64,000 bases of DNA, taken from assembly GCA_040220235.1 (NCBI GenBank), contig JAVJTO010000049.1; one strand, given 5' to 3'. Positions 20,647 to 29,978 of the stretch are shown piece after piece. Numbering within the stretch: the first letter of the stretch is position 1; the number at the start of each line of letters is the position of its first letter. The notes below the pieces were generated by a model. The model saw only the letters and a program-made list of their open reading frames with translations, ran no database searches and had not been told where the DNA came from. The translations under genes were made by a program, and so were the position numbers. Origin of the DNA: Coleofasciculus sp. B1-GNL1-01. GTDB lineage: Bacteria; Cyanobacteriota; Cyanobacteriia; Cyanobacteriales; Coleofasciculaceae.

Positions 20647-21051
20647 ATGCTATATCAAGAGCGTCTCAAGCCTTGGATTGTGGTTAATCTGCTGCCAAAT
20701 TTCCAACGAGTCGTTATGGTGGGAAATAACCCCAATTTTTATCCCCATGCTGCGTCCTATGAATTTGAAGCTTGGCTTTTACCATTTTGGTCAACTATTC
20801 AGAAACTGGCTAAACATAACAAGTCGGCTCCCAGTGGCAATCCTGAGAAAGTTAATCATGATAATCCGCCTTCCCAGCGAATTAAAGAAATCTTTGAATT
20901 AGGGAAAAGTTCCCGGAGTTATAATAAAGCGCGTGATGCAAAAAAAATCTTAGAGCAAAACGATCTAATGGATGCTATTGAAGCTTGTTCCGAATTAAAG
21001 GCGTTTATCAATACAATTTTATCTTTGTCTGGAAGAGACGCAATTCTGTAA
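20647..21051 (+). pseudogene. Probable chimeric ORF: start of small RHH-associated cyanobacterial protein fused to DUF4276-like C-terminal part
   Basis: MLYQERLKPWIVVNLLPNFQRVV switches abruptly to YEFEAWLL...PEKVNHDNPPSQRIKEIF...YNKARDA. Confidence 0.55.
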
Positions 21052-21093
21052 CCCAGGTACAAGTTATTTTATTCAGATAAGTCAAGACTATGC

Positions 21094-21534
21094 CTATCTT
21101 TCTTTTCGACGCTGCAATAAAGCATCCATCGCCGGATTAATCAATTCTTGAATCTCGCCATTTTCCCTGTGAATTACGACCTCAAGCCATTGGTGGCGTG
21201 CTATTTCCATCGCCCAGTTAATCGCGGCTTCTTGAGTAGGGAACACTTTAACATTGTCCTGGATAGCGTCTTGAATAACTGCCCATCCGGCTGCATGAGG
21301 TGCTACATGTAACTTAGAATTGAGTTCCTTTTGTACTCGTTCCCGCAGTCCAATCACCGTAATACCCACGATGGCTTGGCTGTTCTCATCATATCGAGCA
21401 ATGACTCCCTCACCAAGTTCTACCGTTAAGGTTGGTAGTGACTGTCCCAAGGACAGATAGAGAACATCCGCGTCTTGGTCGTAGTGTCCTGTGATCGTGG
21501 GAGAATCTTCTAAAATTCTGATTATAGTGTCCAT
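21094..21534 (-). CDS. DUF2283-DUF2188 fusion, putative antitoxin
   Basis: YDQDADVLYLSL...IVGITV (DUF2283); HVAPHAAGWAV...TQEAAI..A...EVVIHRENGEI (DUF2188). Confidence 0.75.
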   Translation of the reverse strand: MDTIIRILEDSPTITGHYDQDADVLYLSLGQSLPTLTVELGEGVIARYDENSQAIVGITVIGLRERVQKELNSKLHVAPHAAGWAVIQDAIQDNVKVFPTQEAAINWAMEIARHQWLEVVIHRENGEIQELINPAMDALLQRRKER

Positions 21535-21863
21535 ATAATTCGCCTATTGGTTGAGGGACGCTTTCTAAGATAGGCTGTTATGATATATCCATCGTAACCG
21601 CTACGTTCTCGATAAACCACCATCAGATACTTTTGGTTGCCAGGAATTTCCGGATAGAGGCGAACCGCGACCAAAGTACTTGTATCATTCCCTTGTTGAA
21701 TCAAATCCGGATCTTCCAGGGTTTCTAAAATAAAGCTGTAATAAGGTTGCATTTCAGGATGTCCGTCCGGTCTGATAATATGATCCCACCGCTCACGAGT
21801 TAAACGGATGGGAACCCCATTCACTGAACGCCCAATCCATAGTATGTTTTTTCCCTGTGTCAT
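21522..21863 (-). CDS. BECR/DUF4258-like putative RNase toxin
   Basis: IRLTRERWDHI..HPEM, TLEDPD, VVYRE, GYIITAY; overlaps downstream gene by 13 nt. Confidence 0.7.
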   Translation of the reverse strand: MTQGKNILWIGRSVNGVPIRLTRERWDHIIRPDGHPEMQPYYSFILETLEDPDLIQQGNDTSTLVAVRLYPEIPGNQKYLMVVYRERSGYDGYIITAYLRKRPSTNRRIIWTL

Positions 21864-21926
21864 TGGGTCTGGAATTTAAGCAATATGACTTATACATTTT
21901 GAACATTTTAAGTCGGTTTCTTACTC

Positions 21927-22223
21927 CTATCTAGACCTCGTATTCAGTTCGATGCGACTGAGAAGGTCAATGATCGCGATTAGCGCTTGGGTGATGACGT
22001 AGACGATTAAACAGCCGATTATACCTTGCAACAGCACAACCAGTAAGGGGAAGACTACAGCAAGGATGTTTGCTCCAGCAGTGCCAACCTGGAAAAATCC
22101 CGTCCCAAACAAAAAAATTAGACTGAAAGCAACAACAAGGAAATAGCCAAAATACTGAATTCTTTTCAGATTGGAAATAAATCTTGTATACAGTTTACCT
22201 TGCTCAGAATTCCCCTGTGTCAT
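21927..22223 (-). CDS. Small two-helix membrane protein
   Basis: Two hydrophobic stretches ending IIDLLSRIELNTR. Confidence 0.65.
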   Translation of the reverse strand: MTQGNSEQGKLYTRFISNLKRIQYFGYFLVVAFSLIFLFGTGFFQVGTAGANILAVVFPLLVVLLQGIIGCLIVYVITQALIAIIDLLSRIELNTRSR

Positions 22224-22315
22224 TTTCCGCCAAACCTTACTTTTACAGCAATGAGAGTGTCCCCAGCTAGGAAACACTCTCATGCTACTACAAGGTGTGC
22301 GATCGCGAAGTCCTT

Positions 22316-23842
22316 CTAAGCGCCGACAGATTCTTTAGCAGCGTACATCACCTCAAGGGAAATCTCCGTAAACCCTCGCTCCCGGGCAAATTTCTCTGTA
22401 TTTCGCTTCACTTTACCGCGCACGAAACCAGGAACTTTATTCAATTCCGCTTGCGCTTCTTTATTCCAATTCAAGTCAGAATCAGCGGAAATTCCTTTGG
22501 TAATTACTTCCTTGGTATCATGACCGCCGAAGATTTCCAATAGGTGATCTTCCATTCCCAAAGTGAAGGAATTATAGACCAAATCCGCAATCTGATTCGT
22601 CCCTTCGTAACCCATAAAGGGTTTATACCCAATCGGGAAGTTTTGAATATGAATCGGTGCTGCAATCACACCACAGGGAATATCCAACCGCTTACCTACA
22701 TGGCGTTCCATCTGAGTGCCAAAAATAGCCGACGGTTCAATCCGGGCGATCGCATCACCAATTTTGCCGTTATCATCACTAATTAGGATCTCGTCACAGT
22801 ACTCGCTCACCTGTTCCTTGAACCAGTCCGCGTCGTACTTGCAGTAGGTTCCCGCTAGTACCACATGAATCCCCATCTCCCGTGCCAAAATCTTGGTCAT
22901 CGCCGCCGCGTGGGTATTGTCACCAAAGACAACGGCTTTCTTTCCAGTTAAATTCTGACAGTCAATGGAACGGGAGAACCAAGCGGCTTGGGACACATAC
23001 AGCGTCTGATTATCAATAAACTCCTCGTAATTGACATCAGCACCTTGCTGGTTGAGTACCTGCTGAATCTTACGGATACACCGCGCTGTTTCCACGACTC
23101 CCATCGGCGTGATATCCACATAAGGCATATCAAACTCGGCTTCCAGGTAACGCGCCGCCATTGTACCGATTTCCCGATAAGGCACTAAATTAAACCAAGC
23201 GCGAGGCAAATTCTTCAGATTGTGAACTGATGCGCCTTCTGGAATCACCTCGTTGACTTCAATCCCCAAATCAGCCATTAACCGCTTCAATTCCGTGCAG
23301 TCGTGCTGGTTGTGGAAACCGAGAGTGGAAATGCCAATGATGTTCACTGAGGGTTTTTCCGTCTTCCCTTCGGGTAATTCCCCTTTCTTGTTCGCTTTCT
23401 TCAGGTAAAACTGGACGATCTGTTCTAAAGTGCGATCGGCGGCTTGCAGTTCATTCACCCGATAGTGGTTCACATCTGCCAGCATCACATCGCTGTTGGC
23501 TTCAAGTTCGGCGCGTTCGACGAAGTTAGCCAAATCTTCTTGGAGAATGCTGGAGGTGCAGGTGGGGGTCAATACAATCAAATCCGGGGTGACTTCCTTA
23601 TCCTTACGGACGATATTGTCCACCACTTTTTCCTGAGAACCCCGTGCTAAAACGTGCCGATCAACGATGCTGGCGGTGACTGGAGTGTAGTCTCGTTCCC
23701 GTTCCAGCATCGATCGCATCACGTTAAAATAATCATCGCCCAGTGGTGCATGCATGATCGCGTGGACATTCTTAAACGAACTAGCAACGCGGAGAGTGCC
23801 AATGTGAGCCGGACCTGCATACATCCAGTAAGCTAATTTCAT
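22316..23842 (-). CDS. chlB: Dark-operative protochlorophyllide reductase subunit B
   Basis: [27 protein letters not shown]_red C-terminal domain ([14 protein letters not shown]). Confidence 0.98.
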   Translation of the reverse strand: MKLAYWMYAGPAHIGTLRVASSFKNVHAIMHAPLGDDYFNVMRSMLERERDYTPVTASIVDRHVLARGSQEKVVDNIVRKDKEVTPDLIVLTPTCTSSILQEDLANFVERAELEANSDVMLADVNHYRVNELQAADRTLEQIVQFYLKKANKKGELPEGKTEKPSVNIIGISTLGFHNQHDCTELKRLMADLGIEVNEVIPEGASVHNLKNLPRAWFNLVPYREIGTMAARYLEAEFDMPYVDITPMGVVETARCIRKIQQVLNQQGADVNYEEFIDNQTLYVSQAAWFSRSIDCQNLTGKKAVVFGDNTHAAAMTKILAREMGIHVVLAGTYCKYDADWFKEQVSEYCDEILISDDNGKIGDAIARIEPSAIFGTQMERHVGKRLDIPCGVIAAPIHIQNFPIGYKPFMGYEGTNQIADLVYNSFTLGMEDHLLEIFGGHDTKEVITKGISADSDLNWNKEAQAELNKVPGFVRGKVKRNTEKFARERGFTEISLEVMYAAKESVGA

Positions 23843-24184
23843 ACGAGTTTCTCCCTTGTATTAGTTGCACAAAGCCCAATTGAGGACGAATGGGCAGTGT
23901 TATCGATAAGTTTATGGTTGAGGTCGTTTCTGATTGTCTCAGACTTTTCGCATTTCGTGAGTAGGTATTTACGCGGATTGTCATGGTGGGAAAATCGCCA
24001 AAACCCCTTGAGTGACTGGAATTCAGCCTCCCAAATAAACAACTCTCCTGTTGTTTATTGCAATTATTCTTAAACTTTCGCGAAATTCCTCAACGTTCTG
24101 GTTGCACGCTTAACAGTCCTATGGAGTAATAGCCGATAGGATCTAGGGATAGAGACATCAACAGACAAGCGACAATAGCAATCT

Positions 24185-24874
24185 ATGGTTCAAACTTCTT
24201 TCCAACAAGAGTCTTTACCTCCAGCGCTTGAAAGTGGCGATCGCTTAAATCGTTATGAATTTGAGCGTCGTTATAATGCGATGCATTCTCTCAAGAAAGC
24301 TGAACTGATTGAAGGAGTTGTTTACTTGCCTGCTGCACTGCGTTTTAGAAGTCATGGTCAACCCCACGCCAATTTAATCTTATGGCTAGGCAATTATCAA
24401 GTGGCGACATCTGGGCTTGAGTTGGGGATTGAACCTACCGTTCGTTTAGATTTGGATAACGTACCCCAACCTGATGCTGTATTGTTAATTGATGAAAATG
24501 CAGGTGGACAGGCGAGACTCAGTGAAGATGATTATATTGAGGGTGCGCCAGAGTTAGTAGCCGAGATTGCAGCGAGTAGTGTGGCGATTGACTTGCATGA
24601 TAAGAAACGGGCGTATCGTCGGAATGGGGTGCGAGAATATATTGTTTGGCAAGTGTGTGAACGGAGGCTTGATTGGTTTTACTTGCAACAGGGGGAGTAT
24701 GTATCGTTACCCGTGGATGCAGGAAATGTGATCCGGAGTCGAGTGTTTCCCGGATTGTGGCTAGCTGCAGGTGATTTGTTAGCAGGAAATATGGCGAGGG
24801 TGTTGTCGGTGTTGCAAGAAGGTTTAGCTTCCCCACAATATGCAGCCTTTGTCAAAGAGTTGACAAAGCAATAG
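24185..24874 (+). CDS. Uma2 family endonuclease-like protein
   Basis: LESGDRL..EFERRY, PQPDAVL, GAPELVAEIAASS, GVREYIVW. Confidence 0.92.
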   Translation: MVQTSFQQESLPPALESGDRLNRYEFERRYNAMHSLKKAELIEGVVYLPAALRFRSHGQPHANLILWLGNYQVATSGLELGIEPTVRLDLDNVPQPDAVLLIDENAGGQARLSEDDYIEGAPELVAEIAASSVAIDLHDKKRAYRRNGVREYIVWQVCERRLDWFYLQQGEYVSLPVDAGNVIRSRVFPGLWLAAGDLLAGNMARVLSVLQEGLASPQYAAFVKELTKQ

Positions 24875-25027
24875 GGAAATTAGTTTGCTCACTATAATAG
24901 TATTTGTGAAGAGATAGTGAACGTTAAACTAATGTATAACTTGACGGATAGCCAAAAATGTCGAGTGGTGCGAACACGCGACAATTTACGAGTTATGATT
25001 GAAGCCTAACGGTTTAACGTGCTGACT

Positions 25028-25483
25028 TTATTGATTTGCCTTCAGTGATTTCAGCAATTGCCTGGGGCGAAATAGTTGGATATCTTGATAGTGATCGGGA
25101 TAGTGGATAAATAGATAATGTTCGTACTCGTACCAGTGCATTTCACCTTTTTCCCGATTGCAGCTACGGCAAATGACCCACAGATTTCTAAAGTCTAAGG
25201 ATAGCCAGGGATATTGCGATCGCGGAAGTTTGTGATCGATGGTTCTTCCACCCACATCGGCAAATCGGCTACCACAAACTGGACAATGCCAATCCGAATT
25301 ATTTCTCACCCAGTCTTTGCTCTGTTGAGTTGTGCCGCATTCAGCACTACCATTGACATAACGCCAGTGATCAAACTTGCGATAGTCTTCTAAATCTTGG
25401 TGAGTTAGTTTATGATAACGTTTTTTACCAACCTTATCGGCTACTTTAAAGAGATCTTCGAGATTTTTATCCTCAAGGTTCAT
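25028..25483 (-). CDS. HNH endonuclease
   Basis: CPVC...TIDHKLPRSQYPWLSLDFRNLWVICRSCNREKG. Confidence 0.9.
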   Translation of the reverse strand: MNLEDKNLEDLFKVADKVGKKRYHKLTHQDLEDYRKFDHWRYVNGSAECGTTQQSKDWVRNNSDWHCPVCGSRFADVGGRTIDHKLPRSQYPWLSLDFRNLWVICRSCNREKGEMHWYEYEHYLFIHYPDHYQDIQLFRPRQLLKSLKANQ

Positions 25484-25506
25484 GATCGATCGGATTGTGA
25501 CGTAAT

Positions 25507-25929
25507 TTAGCGATTTTTATAGCGAGATTGCCGTGATGAACGAGACATCTGACTGTAATCAATTACTTCTACGTCCGTTTCCGGAAATTGCTGGTCAACT
25601 AAGTCTGATACTGCATTCACTTCCGCCGCCATTTCTTGATTAAACGCTTCTATTTCTTCAGGCGTTTGGTATTTTTTACCGATGCGATCAGCTTCTAAGA
25701 ACAATTCTTCTAAGGTGGGTTGTTCATCCGCGTCCGGCTGAGCCAGTAACTCATTAATTTTTTGATAGAGCTGAATCACATTATCCCAGCCAACATTTTT
25801 ATATCCGTTTTCTTTGAGCCAGACTTGATGATTTTTCGGCAATTTACTCCGACGAATTGAATTTGAGTGCTGGACTTCACGATAGCCCATACCGCTAAAT
25901 GTGCGACTTTGGTGTTTTCGCCTTGCCAT
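25507..25929 (-). CDS. Hypothetical protein (operon with HNH gene)
   Basis: 140-aa ORF tightly spaced between co-oriented genes. Confidence 0.7.
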   Translation of the reverse strand: MARRKHQSRTFSGMGYREVQHSNSIRRSKLPKNHQVWLKENGYKNVGWDNVIQLYQKINELLAQPDADEQPTLEELFLEADRIGKKYQTPEEIEAFNQEMAAEVNAVSDLVDQQFPETDVEVIDYSQMSRSSRQSRYKNR

Positions 25930-25941
25930 ACTAATTTACCC

Positions 25942-26526
25942 CTACCCTAACGTCCACCGAAACAGTCTGATCAACGCTTTGCGAATCTCGCTATCCTCAT
26001 ATTCCAACAACATTTTAGTATCTCGCGCTAACCGTAGTCGAATTTGGTCAACAATATTCTTTAAATCTTTGTTATCTTTTTTAAGTTTTTCATTAGCGTC
26101 AACCAACTCATCATTGTGAGTGGTTAGACTCTGCACTTTGCCTGATAATATTTTTCCCTGATCCGATAACTGCTTAATCTGTGCTTCGAGTTTTTCTTGT
26201 TCCTGGGATAGCTGATCCCTGTGAGTGACTAGGGAGGTATTTGACTTCTCTAGCTTGGCGATATCTTTTTCTAACTTTTCATGCTCTACTTGAAGAGATT
26301 TGAGCTTTTTCTGTGCTTGACTCCGCTGCTGACCAAAGTTACGATTATTTTGGCTGAGTTTTTCATTTTTGGCAATGAATGACTCAACCAGCTTGGTTGC
26401 ACTCGGTTGATCTTGTAGCAGGTTCAATAACTGTTCACACTCTACCGCAGATAGAGATTGGGTAATGTTCTTATTAATGCCGTATGTAGATTTCAGCGTA
26501 TCTTGAAGAGTACTCTTGGTTGGCAT
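25942..26526 (-). CDS. Coiled-coil protein
   Basis: Strong RBS (AAGGAGAAGG); long heptad-rich region. Confidence 0.75.
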   Translation of the reverse strand: MPTKSTLQDTLKSTYGINKNITQSLSAVECEQLLNLLQDQPSATKLVESFIAKNEKLSQNNRNFGQQRSQAQKKLKSLQVEHEKLEKDIAKLEKSNTSLVTHRDQLSQEQEKLEAQIKQLSDQGKILSGKVQSLTTHNDELVDANEKLKKDNKDLKNIVDQIRLRLARDTKMLLEYEDSEIRKALIRLFRWTLG

Positions 26527-26630
26527 TCACCTTCTCCTTCAGAGGTCTATTTTCACTATACCTCACGCAGCGTAGCTGTAATACCGACACTTAACTATTG
26601 GGTGTGGGGTGTGGGGATTATGGATACCGA

Positions 26631-28115
26631 TCACAAGTCTGTAAGCAATCTCGCTTTTCTGAGAATGAAGGTCAAAACGGTTTCTTCGGTGGTAACAATA
26701 TCGGCTCTCCCTTCCATACCCGATTGAATCAGACAATTTTGTCCATTAGAATTCAACTGCAAACGTTCGGGCTGAATGGTTACGTCGTAAGCCGGACTCG
26801 CTGTAGTTGTAGTCGTATTAACACCATTCTGTTGCGGTGAAATGGCGTCTGGAGAAATGGTGTGAACTGTACCGGGAAGTGTACCGTAGTCGGGATAGGA
26901 ACAGGCAGAAACGCGCATTTGTACTCGTTGACCTGTTTCCACTTTACCGATATCCTGAGAGGGGACTTGAGCTTTAATCACTAAGGGCGCTTCACTGGGA
27001 GCAATTTGGGCAATCGCATCTCCGGAATTGACGACTTGTTCAGTGTTGCGGAGATTCAGTTGCTGGATAATCCCAGACGCCGAAGCGCGAATCACAGTAC
27101 CCGTGAGTTCGGTTTCCACTTGTTTGAGTTCATTTCTATCTCGGTTGAGTTGGTTTTGCAGTTCCACCCGCCTCTGGATTAATTGTTCCCGTTCCTGGTT
27201 TAATCGGGATAGGCTGGCTTCTCCCGTAGCTCGTTCTTGGGCGATTTTCTCTTGGGCGATCGCAACAGTAGCATTACTGGGATTGAGGTGGACTAATGCC
27301 CCTTCTAGTCTAGCTTGGGCTGCATCAACGGCGGCGACGAGTCGTTCGATGTCTTGTTTTTGGGCTTCAACGGTGGCTTTTTGGGCTTCTAGGGCTTGTT
27401 CTTGTTGAGTGACAGACAGTTGGGCTTCCTGGAATTGATCCTGAGACAAAGCGCCCGATTCAGCAATGGGTTTATAGCGATCGCGTCTAGCTTTAGCAGC
27501 GTTTAAGGCGGCTTCGGTGGATTTTAAGTTCGCCTGGGCTGATTGTAACTGCGCCTGTTGTCGTTGTAAATCCTCTTGGGCTTGGGTTAAATTGGCTTCA
27601 GCTTCTTGAACTTGAGTTTGGCTGGTGATTTGTTGATCGCGATAATCCCGTTGGCTGTGATTGAGTTCAGCTTTAGCGGAAGCGATAGTTCGTTGAGTGC
27701 GATCGCGTTCTGCTGTAATCTGTCTATCTAGGGCAATAATCTGGGCGTCGATTTGCCGAAGTTGTTGTTGATTTTGGTTTAGGTTACTTTGTAGCTGACT
27801 TTTTTGCGTTTGCAGCCGGGAGTCGTCAATCGTAGCAATACTATCCCCTTGTTTAACGGGTTGGTTTTCTTTGACGTGGATACTTTTAACGGTTCCTTGA
27901 GTGGCGGCTTGTACCAGACGCAGTTCACCCGCTGGACGAATTGTAGCAGGGGCTTTTACGGTAATGTTGTATTTTGTGAAAGCAGCAAGGGCTACCGCGA
28001 CGCCACAGGTTCCTACTAGAAACAGTCCGCCAAGGGTTGTCCAGCGACTGATTGGCGGGAGAAACTCGTCACTTTGAATGGGGCGGAGGACAGTAGGGTT
28101 GGATTCACTAAACAT
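26631..28115 (-). CDS. HlyD-family membrane fusion protein of type I secretion
   Basis: N-terminal TM, lipoyl-like halves, long coiled coil, YPDYGTL, SGMEGRADI. Confidence 0.93.
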   Translation of the reverse strand: MFSESNPTVLRPIQSDEFLPPISRWTTLGGLFLVGTCGVAVALAAFTKYNITVKAPATIRPAGELRLVQAATQGTVKSIHVKENQPVKQGDSIATIDDSRLQTQKSQLQSNLNQNQQQLRQIDAQIIALDRQITAERDRTQRTIASAKAELNHSQRDYRDQQITSQTQVQEAEANLTQAQEDLQRQQAQLQSAQANLKSTEAALNAAKARRDRYKPIAESGALSQDQFQEAQLSVTQQEQALEAQKATVEAQKQDIERLVAAVDAAQARLEGALVHLNPSNATVAIAQEKIAQERATGEASLSRLNQEREQLIQRRVELQNQLNRDRNELKQVETELTGTVIRASASGIIQQLNLRNTEQVVNSGDAIAQIAPSEAPLVIKAQVPSQDIGKVETGQRVQMRVSACSYPDYGTLPGTVHTISPDAISPQQNGVNTTTTTASPAYDVTIQPERLQLNSNGQNCLIQSGMEGRADIVTTEETVLTFILRKARLLTDL

Positions 28116-28527
28116 GGCACAATCACGCTAGTTTTTATCAGTATAGATCCACTCATTTGCCTGATGGTATACCCGTAGGGGCGCACTGACGTGCGCCCGA
28201 AAAATCCCCAAAGGAACTCCAACAATTTTGAATAAGGGCGAGTGTTGTGGAAAGGTTTTCGGTTAAGCTGTTTGGCATTTAAACCTTAATGTTAATAATG
28301 CCAAAATCCTTGTAGTGCGAGCATCTTGCTCGCTAACCATTCCCAATTTCACCGCCAAATCTATCCCACAATTTTAGCTGTGTCACGTCAGTAGGTTGGG
28401 TTGAGCGAAGTCGAAACCCAACGGAATCTGGGGCTAAAGTTCCCTTACTACAAGCCAGCAAGGGTTTGGGAGTTGTGCAGCAAACCCCAATTAGGGCATT
28501 AGGGCGCACGTCGGTGCGCCCCTACGG

Positions 28528-29139
28528 TTATAAAGATGTTTCGTAACTATCCACAATGAATTGAAAAATACCCAGAATTTTCTCCAGTTCATTAATATAA
28601 TATCGCTGGTTATCCACCCAAACACAACTGCCCTCTAACTTCAAAAATTGCCAATCTTCTCCCGTAGTTACACAGCCGTAAATCCCTGAAATTGAGTTAT
28701 CTTCTAGCTCGTTAAACCGTTGCGATCCCAACATTTGGGCAATGCACTGACCTAAACCCCCTTTAATATCGCTTTTTTTTGCTTCTACCAAAGACACAAT
28801 CGGAGCCTGCATTGTCAGCGAAACGGGACTTTTAGCCAAGATAAAATCACATTCTCCTTTCAACCCTTGCTCCTCGTCTACATCCAGCTTTTCGCCAGAA
28901 TAAATGGAGAGTTTATTCGGATTTCGTCGCTCTAGCTCAATTAAAATGGGGGCAATAATAAATTCTGATCGGGCTTTTTCACTGGAGGAAGACAGGGCTA
29001 ATTTAAGGCTGTAGCTGAGGGTTTCCTGTAGCCAGTGACTCGGTTCTAAGGTGGCGACATCCCTGAAAAGTTGAACCGATTGTTCGGTTAGTCCAAAAGC
29101 TTTTTTGACCTGAGTCAATGAAAAATCGCTGTATGCCAT
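28528..29139 (-). CDS. Conserved cyanobacterial PD-(D/E)XK-like protein
   Basis: MAYSDF, SEKARSEFIIAPIL, CDF, VEAKK, GQCIAQM, YGCVTTGEDWQF. Confidence 0.8.
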   Translation of the reverse strand: MAYSDFSLTQVKKAFGLTEQSVQLFRDVATLEPSHWLQETLSYSLKLALSSSSEKARSEFIIAPILIELERRNPNKLSIYSGEKLDVDEEQGLKGECDFILAKSPVSLTMQAPIVSLVEAKKSDIKGGLGQCIAQMLGSQRFNELEDNSISGIYGCVTTGEDWQFLKLEGSCVWVDNQRYYINELEKILGIFQFIVDSYETSL

Positions 29140-29247
29140 AGCAGCCGTTCAGAACTAGAGGAAGATTGTCCAAGGACTAATTTGCTAAATTAGATAAACA
29201 TGAACAACACGTCTCCCCCACCTGTAGGGGTTCTTCTATGCCTATTC

Positions 29248-29525
29248 GTGTCAACTTAATATGACCCTTACCCCTTCTAATTTTCAAGCTATGGGGTTTC
29301 TGCTCCCCCGGCTATGGGAGAAGGGCGGGTTTAGTCAAGTTATCAGTTGGGTACAAAATGTTATTGGTAAAACCCGCCCCTACACCCCCCGATTTAATAG
29401 ATCTTTACCTTAAGTTAAATGTTACTGACTTTAGAGTTTGTAGTCAGCGCTGTCTTCGCTTCTGGCACGCTTCGTGCCTACTACAAAACCCGCTTAAGTC
29501 AGTGACATTCACCTTAAGTTGACAC
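29248..29525. repeat. Nested inverted-repeat (MITE/REP-like) composite
   Basis: Outer IR GTGTCAACTTAA/TTAAGTTGACAC enclosing a REP hairpin and an inner IR AATGTTACTGACTT/AAGTCAGTGACATT. Confidence 0.65.
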
Positions 29526-29571
29526 CAATGGGCAATGCCGTGTCCCTACTCAATTGCTTTCCCCTATATCT

Positions 29572-29856
29572 TTATTTTCTCCAAGGATCGGGAGTCGGCT
29601 TAAACACGGTAAATCCCTCAAAAATCGTCTGATTAAAAATCGTCCATGGACAGGCTAAAGCAGAAGGGCAAGCATCAACCCAAGATAAGTTGGGGATTTC
29701 AATTTGAAACCCACCAGCCACTGCTTCCATCTCCGTATCGGTTAGGTCTTCAACTAGCCCAGCCGGATTCTCCGGTAACTGCGCCTGTTCCTCTTCACTC
29801 AGGCTCCTGCGGTACTCCTCATCTTTCCAAGCCCGGATGATATCAATGTTTGACAT
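29572..29856 (-). CDS. lanA: Class II lanthipeptide precursor, mersacidin/lichenicidin-type leader
   Basis: IIRAWKDEEYRRSL...LPENPAG...DLTDTEMEAVAGG leader; core has 2 Cys plus Ser/Thr; divergent from lanM. Confidence 0.92.
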   Translation of the reverse strand: MSNIDIIRAWKDEEYRRSLSEEEQAQLPENPAGLVEDLTDTEMEAVAGGFQIEIPNLSWVDACPSALACPWTIFNQTIFEGFTVFKPTPDPWRK

Positions 29857-29978
29857 GGATACTTAAGAGAGTAAACTATTTGTAAAATATAGAACTAAAC
29901 TCCGAAAAAGTCAATAAGTATTTTTACGGGTTGACTTTTATAAAAAAACACCTCAGTTACATCGAACTTGCTCCTGCC

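Noticed and set aside
21853..22224. Shared 12-bp CCCTGTGTCATT at the starts of two adjacent genes (both begin MTQG)
   Set aside because: Could be a duplication scar, but it is too short to distinguish from chance.
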